This document shows, in pieces, positions 9,499-18,579 of a stretch of DNA of 64,000 nucleotides (positions are counted from its first letter, which is position 1; every line of letters begins with the position of its first letter). A program made the translations under genes and the position numbers. The DNA is from Syntrophales bacterium. GTDB lineage: Bacteria > Desulfobacterota > Syntrophia > Syntrophales > Fen-1087. The stretch covers positions 6,321-70,320 of the forward strand of contig JAXDBM010000045.1 in assembly GCA_034678725.1 (NCBI GenBank). Direction: 5' to 3'. The notes under the pieces were generated by a model. The model saw nothing but the letters and a program-made list of their open reading frames with translations, was not told where the DNA came from and searched no databases.

Positions 9499-9984
9499 AT
9501 GATGATGAATGCGATGAATGTGAGGAAGGGAATCCGGTTCCTGAAAGTATCCTGCCTGTTCATCCTTCCATTTTTTCTTGCGTCTTGCCTGAGCTGGGTT
9601 CTGGAACAGCCCGTCTTTGTCATCCGTGAGATCACCCTCAGCCCCCGCTCCTTCACGGAGATGAACCTGCTCATCGGATTGGAAGCGCAAAATCCGAACC
9701 GCTTTGATCTGACACTCAAATCGTTTGAGTATACCGTTCACCTGAGCAATGAAGAAATCGGAAACGGCCGCCTGGAAAAGGAGGTCCTGATTCCCTCGTT
9801 GTCGGTGACCCGGCTGCAGGTCCCGCTTCATGCAAAGTTCAAAAACTTCAGTGGAAGTCTGAAGGCCATCATTACCGGCGAAGATCTGCCTTACAGGATT
9901 GAGGGAAAGGCCGAAGTGAAAACGTTTTTCGGAAGCCTCCATTTCCCCTTCTCTAAAGAGGGGCGCATCAACTTGAAAAAATAG
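9499..9984 (+). CDS. LEA type-2 (WHy/LEA14-like) lipoprotein
   Basis: Lipobox FLASC after a hydrophobic signal. LEA_2-like beta repeats (FDLTLKSFEYTVHLSNEEIGNG). The ATG at 9499 was chosen over the track start, which overlaps the upstream gene. Confidence 0.7.
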   Translation: MMMNAMNVRKGIRFLKVSCLFILPFFLASCLSWVLEQPVFVIREITLSPRSFTEMNLLIGLEAQNPNRFDLTLKSFEYTVHLSNEEIGNGRLEKEVLIPSLSVTRLQVPLHAKFKNFSGSLKAIITGEDLPYRIEGKAEVKTFFGSLHFPFSKEGRINLKK

Positions 9985-9986
9985 TC

Positions 9987-11558
9987 ATGAAGATGTCGTG
10001 TTTTATCGGACAGGCAAACCGCATCAAACGATTTCTTGTCGCTTGCCTGATGCTGCTGTTTGCAGCCTCCCTGGCATCCTGCGCGAGACAACACGGGATT
10101 CGCATCCTGCATATCAATGATTTTCACGGTTTTGAGGAAGCCTACAAGCCATATGGTTCGGAGGATGCCCGGGGCGGGCTTGCTTACCTCGCTGCGCGGG
10201 CAGAAGCGCTTCGGGCTGAAAAGCCGACACTGTTCCTTGCCGCGGGCGACATAATCCAGGGCAGTAACTGGGCGAACATGTTTCAGGGCAAATCATCCAT
10301 TGAAGCGATGAATGCCATGAAGCTGGATGCCATGGTGGTGGGAAACCACGAGTTCGACTTCGGACAGACAGTCCTCATGGAAAGGATAAAAGAGGCAAAC
10401 TTCCCCGTGCTTGGAGCAAATGTGCTGGGGTTGAGCGCGCTGAAGCCGTACATCATCAAGGAACTGGACGGCCTTTCCATCGCGGTCATCGGTGTTGTTA
10501 CCGGGGATGCGCCGGTTTCAACGCACCCCAAAAATGTGTCGGGGCTGCAGTTCCTTTCTCCTGTCGACACGGTTGAGAAATATGTGCGGCAGCTCAGAGG
10601 GAAAAGCGACCTTGTCATTGTTCTTTCCCACATCGGATTCGGTGCGGACATCGATCTCGCAAAAAAAGTTGAAGGCATCGATGTCATCGTCGGTGGTCAC
10701 ACGCACACGAAAGTCGCCAAGCCCGCGGTTGTCGGAAAAACACTGGTCGTGCAGGCTTTTGAGCACGGCAAAGTCCTTGGCGTGCTGGATCTTACCGTGA
10801 AAAAAGGCGGGATTGCGAGAGCCGATGGCTGGTTGGAGCCTGTTGCGCCCGTCGGACAACAAAGCAAAATCGTGGATGCGATCGTCGACAAATACCAGGG
10901 GAAAGTGGATTCATTTTTCAATCAAACGATCGGCGAATCACTGGCCGATCTGGACGGCGTTCATGTGAGACGGCAGGAGACGAATCTGGGAAACCTCGTC
11001 ACCGATATCATGAGGAAGGCATCCGGGGCCGATGCGGCGATCATCAACGGCGGCACGATTCGGACCAGCATCCGGAAAGGTCCGGTCAAGGCCGGCGACG
11101 TCTACGCGGCTTTGCCCGCGGATAATTATATCGTTGCCGTCAGGCTGACGGGAAAACAGATTCGTGTCACGCTGGAGCACGGCGTTTCGGCCATCGATGA
11201 AGATGAGGGCAGATTTCCCCAGGTCTCCGGCCTTGCGTTTGCCTATGACCGCTTCGCCCCGAAGGGTTCAAGGGTGAAAGAAGTTTTCATTGGCGGCAGC
11301 CCGCTTGCGGCGGACAGAGAATATTCGATTGCGACCAATGATTTTCTTGCGGCCGGTGGAGACGGCTACAAGGCATTCGGCGAAGCGGTGAAGTCGTCCG
11401 GGGCTTCTACAGTTGTCAATGACGTCACGAAGTGGGACAACCTTGTCTATAGCGACTCCGGACGATGGCTGCGGGATGTGGTCATCGACTTCATCAAAGC
11501 TGAGAAACAAATTTCCCCGACGGTGGAAGGGCGGATCCGGGAAACAAAGGGACAATGA
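9987..11558 (+). CDS. Bifunctional metallophosphatase / 5'-nucleotidase (UshA-like) lipoprotein
   Basis: Lipobox LASCAR, metallophosphatase motifs LHINDFHG, GDIIQG and GNHEFD, and a C-terminal 5'-nucleotidase domain (TNDFLAAGGDGY). Confidence 0.85.
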   Translation: MKMSCFIGQANRIKRFLVACLMLLFAASLASCARQHGIRILHINDFHGFEEAYKPYGSEDARGGLAYLAARAEALRAEKPTLFLAAGDIIQGSNWANMFQGKSSIEAMNAMKLDAMVVGNHEFDFGQTVLMERIKEANFPVLGANVLGLSALKPYIIKELDGLSIAVIGVVTGDAPVSTHPKNVSGLQFLSPVDTVEKYVRQLRGKSDLVIVLSHIGFGADIDLAKKVEGIDVIVGGHTHTKVAKPAVVGKTLVVQAFEHGKVLGVLDLTVKKGGIARADGWLEPVAPVGQQSKIVDAIVDKYQGKVDSFFNQTIGESLADLDGVHVRRQETNLGNLVTDIMRKASGADAAIINGGTIRTSIRKGPVKAGDVYAALPADNYIVAVRLTGKQIRVTLEHGVSAIDEDEGRFPQVSGLAFAYDRFAPKGSRVKEVFIGGSPLAADREYSIATNDFLAAGGDGYKAFGEAVKSSGASTVVNDVTKWDNLVYSDSGRWLRDVVIDFIKAEKQISPTVEGRIRETKGQ

Positions 11559-11671
11559 TTCCCCATTGCATATCGAATTTCGTGATGCAAACACGGATGC
11601 AACAACAAGGGTGAACTCTGTCAGCAGACGAATGCTGCATGGAAGCTCCGGTGTGCCGGAAGGGGTGCAAG

Positions 11672-11854
11672 ATGAAAGTTCATGTGAATGGTCAGGAGGT
11701 GAATCTCGCGCCGGGAATGACGGTGAAGCATGCGCTCATCGCCGCGGGTTTGATTGACGAGATCAAGCAGGGAAAGAAGATCTATGACGAGGTGGAAAAC
11801 GAAATCGGCCTGGGAGGGGCGCTGACGGAGGGCGCGAAGATTTCTGTTCGCTGA
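11672..11854 (+). CDS. Small beta-grasp (ThiS/MoaD-like) protein lacking a C-terminal Gly-Gly
   Basis: MKVHVNGQEVNLAPGMTVKHAL...GALTEGAKISVR follows the ThiS-like pattern but ends in VR. The internal ATG at 11672 has an AAGGGG RBS. Confidence 0.4.
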   Translation: MKVHVNGQEVNLAPGMTVKHALIAAGLIDEIKQGKKIYDEVENEIGLGGALTEGAKISVR

Positions 11855-11929
11855 TCCTTTCGAACGGTGCGATTGTTCCCCCGTCAGTGGCCCGCGCAGG
11901 TTACGTGATTTTGCCGCAAAGGCGCGCTC

Positions 11930-12850
11930 TCATGCCTTGAAGATGCCCGTTTCCACCCATTCGCCCTTGATCACCGACCACCAGTCTTCGGCCAGCCCGT
12001 TGCGGACGTAATCATAGGGCAGCCACCCATAGCCGCCGTCGCCCCATTCGGGTCCCCAGGAGTTTCTGATCAGAAGGGCGCCGGTGGTTTCAACTCCTTT
12101 CTTGTTGGTGTTCTTGATCTTCATCCCGTCGCTGTAACCGATCGCAACGACGGCATGACCGCCCTCGACATTCTCTCCGGGAGTGGGATAGGGAATCCTG
12201 CCCTCATGGCCGTCGGCCTGGGAGATGGAGGTGTAGACCGTAAAGCCGAACATGGACGGGAGGCCGGCGGAAAGGTTGGTCTTGATCCGGTTGAGCAGAA
12301 CATCGGGAGAGGTCCCGGGAGGATCGAGGCGGTAATATTTGATGGCTTGGTAACTCTGTGCGAAGGCATAACAGAAGGCGGGCGGCTCGAGATCAAAATC
12401 AGCGACGATGTAGGGCCAGTATTCCTCAGGGGGTACACCGAACAGGACCAGGGCGCCCATGGTGGACCGGAGGTATGCCCCCGTATCGCCCGTCTCCTTC
12501 ATCAGATTCCGCGTCACCTTGTAGAGGAAGCGGCGCGAGGCATCGATATGTTTTCCAAAAGATCTCCTCTCAAAATACTCGACGATGGCGACCCCTGCAT
12601 TGGCGGTGCAGGAACCGAGTTGCCCCTGGTCCTCAATGGGAGGGCACCATTCTCTCAGGTCTTTTTCTTTTGGAAGCCTTGTCCCGGACGGTTTGCCCAA
12701 GCCTATTTTTCTGAACATCGACTTGAGGGTATCCTTCTGCCCGAGGGCTTTCTGATTCGGGCTCAGGACATCGTGTTCCGCCGTATAATCCCTGAAGTCG
12801 GGATAATCCGGCCGCCACCCCATTCCTCTTTTTGCCTTGATTTCAGCCAT
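11930..12850 (-). CDS. Papain-family (C1A) cysteine peptidase with no signal peptide
   Basis: Catalytic Gln/Cys (DQGQLGSCTANAG), His (GGHAVVAIGY) and Asn (NSWGPEWGDGGYGW). ATG at 12850 follows GAGAGGAGG. The upstream 119 codons of the track ORF cross a promoter and a terminator and are rejected. Confidence 0.85.
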   Translation of the reverse strand: MAEIKAKRGMGWRPDYPDFRDYTAEHDVLSPNQKALGQKDTLKSMFRKIGLGKPSGTRLPKEKDLREWCPPIEDQGQLGSCTANAGVAIVEYFERRSFGKHIDASRRFLYKVTRNLMKETGDTGAYLRSTMGALVLFGVPPEEYWPYIVADFDLEPPAFCYAFAQSYQAIKYYRLDPPGTSPDVLLNRIKTNLSAGLPSMFGFTVYTSISQADGHEGRIPYPTPGENVEGGHAVVAIGYSDGMKIKNTNKKGVETTGALLIRNSWGPEWGDGGYGWLPYDYVRNGLAEDWWSVIKGEWVETGIFKA

Positions 12851-12901
12851 GACGTCTGCCTCCTCTCTTTGGGAATTCAGAAAAAGTGATTCTGCTTCAT
12901 C

Positions 12902-12933
12902 AAAAAAACCCGCTGCGGCTGAACCAAGCGGGC
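12902..12933 (-). terminator. Intrinsic-terminator-like hairpin inside the peptidase leader
   Basis: The minus strand reads CCCGCT-(12 nt)-AGCGGG followed by TTTTTTT. It lies 50 nt upstream of the peptidase ATG. Confidence 0.55.
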
Positions 12934-13013
12934 TGTCGATCGGTCTTCTCCTCCTCAATTGCTGTATGGACAGAGGATTAGATTTCCGGGCCGGTGTCGC
13001 AAATCTTATGTAA

Positions 13014-13044
13014 TACAATATATAACGCATTTCCCTGATGTCAA
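13014..13044 (-). promoter_or_regulatory. Sigma70-like promoter (TTGACA-16 nt-TAATAT, overlapping TATAAT)
   Basis: The minus strand reads TTGACAtcagggaaatgcgtTATAATATtg in an AT-rich island. Confidence 0.5.
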
Positions 13045-13381
13045 GATCACTTTTCAGATGCGTATTGATCCGTTGCATCGTGCTTTGGGGAGGATGTTTC
13101 TGGAGACGGTAGAAACGTTGCCTCGCGATGCAGCGGGAACCGGTATTTCGTGAGTTGCTCCGGGTGATGGAGGCATCCTGCCGGCAGCTTTTTCCGGGAA
13201 ACGGCATGGTGGGGTGCGGCTGGTTGAAACCCCTTGATTAAACCCGCAAAAATCGATATGACGCCACTGGACCGGAAACGTCGCCAGTCTCGGTGCTGGT
13301 TTGCGTCCTATTTGCATCGAGGAACGGGTCCGGACCGGGTCGCGATATTTGCACCCGGTGAAATCACTACTGGAGGTTGCC

Positions 13382-14170
13382 ATGAAGCTGCAGGATCTAT
13401 TCAGTCTCAAGGGAAAGGTCGCCCTCGTCACCGGAGGCGGAAGGGGCATCGGAAAATTCATTGCCGCCGGTCTGGCGGAAGCGGGCGCGGATCTGGTTCT
13501 GACATCACGAAAGATGAAGAATCTGGAGGCGGCCGCGAGCGACATCGCACAAGCAACCGGCGTCCGGGTTTTTCCCGTGGCCTGCGATGTGGCCAAGGCC
13601 GAGGACATCGACGCCATGGTCAAGGCGGCGCTCGAACGTTTCGGACGCATCGACATCCTGGTCAACAACGCCGGTGCGACCTGGGGGGCGCCGACCCTCG
13701 AATTTCCGCTCGAACGCTGGGACCAGCTCTTCAACGTCAACGTGCGCGGCGTCTGGATCCTGACCCAGAAGGTCGCCAACATCATGAAGACCCAGGGAGG
13801 CGGAAACATCATCAACATTTCGTCGGTCATGGGATTCCGCGGATCCGAGGAGATGACCCATCCGGCCGTTCCCTACAACTCCACCAAGGCAGCGATCAAC
13901 CTGCTGACCATGAACCTTGCCGTGAAGCTGGCCCCTTACAAGATCCGCGTGAATGCCATTGCCCCCGGTTTCTTCCGGACGGACATGATGGCCTATATCG
14001 ATAAGCCGGAGTTCAAGGCGGCCCGCGACAGGATCGTCGATTCGATCCCGCTGCGGCGGGTGGGCGATGCGGACGACATGAAGGGACTGGCCGTCTTTCT
14101 CGCTTCCGACGCCTCGGCCTACATGACGGGGCATGTCGTGATCAACGACGGCGGTCTGCTGGCGAAGTAA
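13382..14170 (+). CDS. SDR-family oxidoreductase (gluconate-5-dehydrogenase / 3-oxoacyl-ACP-reductase-like)
   Basis: VALVTGGGRGIG, NNAG, and the Y..STKAA catalytic region. ATG at 13382 follows GGAGG. Confidence 0.85.
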   Translation: MKLQDLFSLKGKVALVTGGGRGIGKFIAAGLAEAGADLVLTSRKMKNLEAAASDIAQATGVRVFPVACDVAKAEDIDAMVKAALERFGRIDILVNNAGATWGAPTLEFPLERWDQLFNVNVRGVWILTQKVANIMKTQGGGNIINISSVMGFRGSEEMTHPAVPYNSTKAAINLLTMNLAVKLAPYKIRVNAIAPGFFRTDMMAYIDKPEFKAARDRIVDSIPLRRVGDADDMKGLAVFLASDASAYMTGHVVINDGGLLAK

Positions 14171-14265
14171 AGATTGCCGGGCTGTTTGCCGGGGGCCGTT
14201 TTGTTTACGGGCAACACCATGAAGGAAAAGCCTGTTGCGATTCTTGAATTTCCCGGTGAGGCGAA

Positions 14266-14523
14266 ATGAAAAAGAGACTGCAATCCCTTCTGGATATGAA
14301 AACCATGGCGCTCCTCCTGAAGAACAACATGGCCAGTTTTTTGACCGGGGAGGCGCTGCTTGCCCAAAGCGAGTTTGAGGAGCTTGTGACGCGCTTTCAC
14401 GGGGAGAGCGCGCTGTGGATTTCGCCGGAGGATGCGGAGGCGGCAAGGAGTGACGTGGATTTGTTCATCAATCATCTCGATCGTGCCATTGAACGCGCCC
14501 GCAACGAATCAGAGTCTGAATAG
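14266..14523 (+). CDS. Hypothetical 85-aa acidic protein
   Basis: An ORF with protein-like composition and no recognisable family. Confidence 0.35.
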   Translation: MKKRLQSLLDMKTMALLLKNNMASFLTGEALLAQSEFEELVTRFHGESALWISPEDAEAARSDVDLFINHLDRAIERARNESESE

Positions 14524-14595
14524 GATGAAGATCGCACCGGTATCGCGATACCCTGTCTTTTCAGGCCTGCCTTGCCCGGAGATATTCAACGAAGC

Positions 14596-15921
14596 ATGGA
14601 ACCCTACAATGTCATGATCATCGGTTCGGGCCCCGCCGGACTGTTCGCGGCGATATGGCTCGAACGGCTCGGCGTCGACCGGATCGCCATCATCGACCGA
14701 AAGCCCTATCCGGCAGGAGGGCTGCTGAACGACGGCAAACTGAACTTTGACCGCCGGATCGGCATCGACCTGAATGAACTTCAGATCGATGCCGACGCGG
14801 CTGAAAGCCGGATTGCGGACCTGAAGGGCATTCTCACCCGCTTCCCGCAGTGCCGGCAGGTCACCTATGTCGACCGGCGTGACCGGATCGACAGGCTGAG
14901 CAGCATCGCCCGGGAGCAGGGCGCCGAATTCATTGCGCCGGAGCAGTGGCATTGGGGGACAGACCACGGCAGGTCGGCGGTCGATTATCTGAGGGGCCAC
15001 CTTCATACAACGGACCTTTTTCTGAACACGGAGGTGACCCGCATTGAAAGGAGCGAGGACAGAAAATATCTTCTCGTCTGCCGCCGCGACGGGAAGGATG
15101 TCCGCTATGGAACAGGCGTCTTGCTGGCCGCTCCCGGGCGGAGCGGCGCCTACTGGTTTCGGGATATCGCCAGGGATCTGCGCATCGACCACAACTTCGG
15201 CCCGATCGATGTGGGAATCCGGATCGAGCTGAACCGGAAGCTCTACGACGAAGTGACGGACGCCGTATATGACCCGAAGTTCATCTTCCGGACCGCCCGT
15301 CACGGGGATCGGGTCCGGACCTTCTGCACGAATCCGGGCGGCCGCGTCCGCGTGGAGGACTACTGCAACTTCAAGCTGGTGAACGGCGATGCCCTTTCCA
15401 GGCGGAAAACGGAAAACACGAATTTCGCCCTGATCAACACGGTCTCGCTGACCAAGCCCTTTTCGGATACGACGGAGTACGGGCAGATGATCGCCAGGCA
15501 GTTTTTTCTCCTGGGCGGGGGAAAACCCATTGTGCAGCGGATCGGAGACTTCCGGGAAGGGCGGCGGAGTTCCGTGGTGACTTTCGACAGTGAGACGCGC
15601 CATTTCGGGTTTTGCCGAGCCTCCTGCAGGTCCGTGCCGGGAGACATCACGCTGGGAATGCCCGCCCGCATCATCGACAACCTCTGGGAGTCGCTGAAGA
15701 AGCTTGACAAAATTGTGCCCGGCATCCTTCACCCGTCCACGCTCCTCTATGCGCCGGAAATCAAGTTCTTCGACACGCATTTCCCGACGGATCGGAATCT
15801 CGAAACGAATGTACCGGGAATTTTCGTGGCCGGCGACGGAACCGGCAAAAGCCGGGGCATTGTGGGGGCGGGAATCTCAGGGATCATCGCGGCCATGGGC
15901 ATTGCCCGGAAATACTTTTGA
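14596..15921 (+). CDS. FAD-dependent oxidoreductase (COG2509-like)
   Basis: Dinucleotide fold YNVMIIGSGPAGLFAA and a C-terminal GIFVAGDGTG. Confidence 0.75.
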   Translation: MEPYNVMIIGSGPAGLFAAIWLERLGVDRIAIIDRKPYPAGGLLNDGKLNFDRRIGIDLNELQIDADAAESRIADLKGILTRFPQCRQVTYVDRRDRIDRLSSIAREQGAEFIAPEQWHWGTDHGRSAVDYLRGHLHTTDLFLNTEVTRIERSEDRKYLLVCRRDGKDVRYGTGVLLAAPGRSGAYWFRDIARDLRIDHNFGPIDVGIRIELNRKLYDEVTDAVYDPKFIFRTARHGDRVRTFCTNPGGRVRVEDYCNFKLVNGDALSRRKTENTNFALINTVSLTKPFSDTTEYGQMIARQFFLLGGGKPIVQRIGDFREGRRSSVVTFDSETRHFGFCRASCRSVPGDITLGMPARIIDNLWESLKKLDKIVPGILHPSTLLYAPEIKFFDTHFPTDRNLETNVPGIFVAGDGTGKSRGIVGAGISGIIAAMGIARKYF

Positions 15922-16147
15922 CCTTGGCCGGTCGAAAGCCTTTCCTGTGGTGGCGCACAATGCCGCAAAGACTGCCTCAGCGACGACGAGATCATATTGA
16001 CGCACTGCGTAAAATATTTTCAGGTCAAGCCGATACATCAATTTCCTGAAGCTTTGTATTGATGAAAGATATTGATATTAATGTCTATTTAAACAGACAA
16101 ATTTTATCGGTTGCGAAATCATTTATATTGCAACGCAAAATAATTCC

Positions 16148-16176
16148 TTGACAAATCAGAATCCCGAAACTATATT
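16148..16176 (+). promoter_or_regulatory. Near-consensus sigma70 promoter (TTGACA-17 nt-TATATT)
   Basis: TTGACA at 16148-16153 and TATATT at 16171-16176. It sits at the end of a roughly 200-bp AT-rich island, 30 nt before the next ATG. Confidence 0.6.
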
Positions 16177-16205
16177 AGGCCAAAAAAAGAAAAGGACACA
16201 GGAAA

Positions 16206-16487
16206 ATGGATTACGTAAAGGATTACAAAAAAATGGCACAGCAGATGACAAGCGTTTACAGGGCCGCAATGGACAACAGCATCAATGCACTGAACATGGT
16301 TCAGGAAAACACCGAGAAAGTGGTCAAGTTGTCCCTGGATCAGTCCCCCTGGCTTCCAGAAGAGGGAAAGAAACTCGTCAATTCCTGGATGACGGCTTAC
16401 AAGAAGGGTTATGACGATTTCAAGGTGGCCGCGGATGAGCAGTACCGGAAAATGGAAGCGCTGATCAGCCTTCAGACCAAGGGTTGA
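16206..16487 (+). CDS. Small phasin-like helical protein (93 aa)
   Basis: Helical, Lys/Glu/Gln-rich sequence resembling the phasin family. It is flanked by a strong promoter and a strong terminator. Confidence 0.4.
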   Translation: MDYVKDYKKMAQQMTSVYRAAMDNSINALNMVQENTEKVVKLSLDQSPWLPEEGKKLVNSWMTAYKKGYDDFKVAADEQYRKMEALISLQTKG

Positions 16488-16549
16488 TTCGGTCCAAGCG
16501 GCCCCGGCCACGGAAATCGAACCATTCACTTGGAAACCTTCACACCGAA

Positions 16550-16579
16550 GGGGCTTTCCAGTGGAAAGCCCCTTTTTTT
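16550..16579 (+). terminator. Rho-independent terminator
   Basis: GGGGCTTTCC-AGT-GGAAAGCCCC followed by TTTTTTT. Confidence 0.85.
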
Positions 16580-16650
16580 CTGTTTATCCCTTTTTCAAGC
16601 CCCGGATTTAAGAAAGATCAACAAAGGCGGGTACTTGGAGATGTTTTTTG

Positions 16651-17283
16651 ATGCGGATGAAATTCAGAAAATATAATCAGCGGCAGGAATGGGGGTGGGC
16701 ATGGTCACTGATGTCCATGTTGATCGCCTTGTCGATTGGCATTACTGTCGTTTACGGCCCGATCCAGGCCCGCTGGGATCGCTACACGGACTTTCGGACC
16801 CGGGAGGATATTCACACCGTCCTTCAGGATAAAATGATGGACCGCGACCATATGCATGAAATTGCCGAAGCCATTGTCGTTCAGTCCCGGAAGACGGGCA
16901 TTCCCGTGAACCTGTTCCTCGGGCTGATGCAAAAGGAAAGCAATTTCATCGTCAACGCCGTTTCCGGCAGGCGTGCGATGGGAATTCTGCAAATTCACCC
17001 GGTCACCTGGAAGGAATACACAAAAAAACTGAACCTGCCCGATTCCCATGAGCATGCTTTCCAGCCATCGATCAACATCATGGTGTCGGCGGCGATCCTG
17101 AGAGACCTGTACGACCGTTACCGAAGCATGGGATACCAGGAGCCTGAACTTTGGGATCACATCCTGTCGGCCTATTACGCCGGCAAGGGATCCTTGCGTG
17201 ACGGGTTGAAGCGTCATCACCGGAACTACGTGGATAAAGTCCGGACCTACTCGAACGAGTACGGGATGAAGCTCAAGGGATGA
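16651..17283 (+). CDS. Lytic transglycosylase (SLT domain), membrane-anchored
   Basis: N-terminal TM and the SLT catalytic region LMQKESNF...AMGILQI...AYYAG. Confidence 0.8.
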   Translation: MRMKFRKYNQRQEWGWAWSLMSMLIALSIGITVVYGPIQARWDRYTDFRTREDIHTVLQDKMMDRDHMHEIAEAIVVQSRKTGIPVNLFLGLMQKESNFIVNAVSGRRAMGILQIHPVTWKEYTKKLNLPDSHEHAFQPSINIMVSAAILRDLYDRYRSMGYQEPELWDHILSAYYAGKGSLRDGLKRHHRNYVDKVRTYSNEYGMKLKG

Positions 17284-17379
17284 CGGTTCGGTCACGGCCG
17301 ACCGGCATCGTTTTGCACTTCCGGTACACTCAAGCTATGCTTGAAAAAATCTTCCGAACCATTCAATATCAGGGAAGAA

Positions 17380-18567
17380 CTACGAGTCAACCTTAGGAAT
17401 CGGACGCCTTTTCCACAGTTCCCGTATACCGATCAGTCTTTTCCCCGCTTCTTCGAGGGTTTCCCTTCTCTTGGCAAAATGGAACCGGATCAGGTGATGG
17501 GTAGGCTCGTGAAAAAAGCTCGAACCCGGCACGGCCGCCACCCCCACATGCTCCGCCATCCATTCACAGAAGGAAACATCATTGCCCGCGTTGAATTCCG
17601 AGATATCCACGAGCACGTAATAGGCGCCCTCCGGCGTTGTGTACAAGAGACCCGCTCTGTCCAGCGCTTTCAGGAAAACGTCGCGCTTTTCCCTATATCC
17701 CTCCAACAGCGATCGGTAATAGGCATCCGGCAGTTCGAGGGCGGTAATCGCGGCTTCCTGCAGCGGGGCGGCGGCCCCTACGGTCAGGAAATCGTGCACC
17801 TTTTTCACTGCGTCGGCCATCTCGGGCGGCGCAACGACGTAACCCAGGCGCCACCCCGTGATCGAATAGGTCTTGGACAGGGAACTGCAGGAGAGTGTCC
17901 GCTCGAACATACCGGGCAGTGAGGCGAAATAGATGTGGCGATGCGGTTCATAGACGATGTGTTCGTAGACTTCATCCGTGATCACAAAGGCATCGAACTC
18001 ACGGGCAAGCCGGGCGATCTCTTCGAGTTCGTCGCGGGTGAACACCCTCCCCGAGGGGTTGGATGGGTTGCAGAGAATGACAGCCTTGGGTTTCTGTTCA
18101 AAGGCTTTTCTCAGCTCATCGCGGTCGAACGTAAAGCGGGGCGGCCGCAGTTCCACATAAATGGGCTGTGCACCGCTCAGGATGGCATCCGCCCCGTAAT
18201 TTTCATAAAAGGGTGAAAACACGACGACCTTGTCCATGGGATTGCAGACCGCCAGCATGGCCGCCATCATGGCTTCGGTGCTGCCGCAGGTGACGACAAG
18301 GTTCTCGTCCTTGTCGATCGGAAGACACATGAATCGAGAAATCTTCCCGGCAAGAGCCTGCCGGAAATTCGGTGCGCCCCAGGTTACTGCGTACTGGTGC
18401 GGGCCCGACAATGCGATGTTCCGGAGCGAACGGAGCAGCTCCGGCGGCGGATCGAAGTCGGGGAAGCCCTGCGACAGGTTGATTGCCCCGTGCAGGTCGG
18501 CGACGCGCGTCATGCGCCGGATGACGGATTCGGTAAATCGTTCGGTGCGTTCACTCCTTCGCGGCAT
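17380..18567 (-). CDS. Class I/II PLP-dependent aminotransferase
   Basis: PLP-lysine region SLSKTYSITGWRLGY, plus NPSNPSG. 395 aa. Confidence 0.85.
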   Translation of the reverse strand: MPRRSERTERFTESVIRRMTRVADLHGAINLSQGFPDFDPPPELLRSLRNIALSGPHQYAVTWGAPNFRQALAGKISRFMCLPIDKDENLVVTCGSTEAMMAAMLAVCNPMDKVVVFSPFYENYGADAILSGAQPIYVELRPPRFTFDRDELRKAFEQKPKAVILCNPSNPSGRVFTRDELEEIARLAREFDAFVITDEVYEHIVYEPHRHIYFASLPGMFERTLSCSSLSKTYSITGWRLGYVVAPPEMADAVKKVHDFLTVGAAAPLQEAAITALELPDAYYRSLLEGYREKRDVFLKALDRAGLLYTTPEGAYYVLVDISEFNAGNDVSFCEWMAEHVGVAAVPGSSFFHEPTHHLIRFHFAKRRETLEEAGKRLIGIRELWKRRPIPKVDS

Positions 18568-18579
18568 AGTCTTCTCCTT

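Noticed and set aside
12851-13207. N-terminal 119-codon extension of the peptidase ORF. Similar track extensions affect 18580-20202, 20154-20951, 42671-44101, 44122-44937, 23668-24621 and 46774-47835.
   Set aside because: The extensions run through promoters, terminators or upstream genes and lack family similarity. Internal ATGs preceded by good RBS match the conserved N-termini.
14219-14269. 16-codon upstream ORF (MKEKPVAILEFPGEAK) whose stop overlaps the ATG of the 85-aa ORF (AAATGA)
   Set aside because: It has no recognisable RBS and no conservation evidence. It may be chance.
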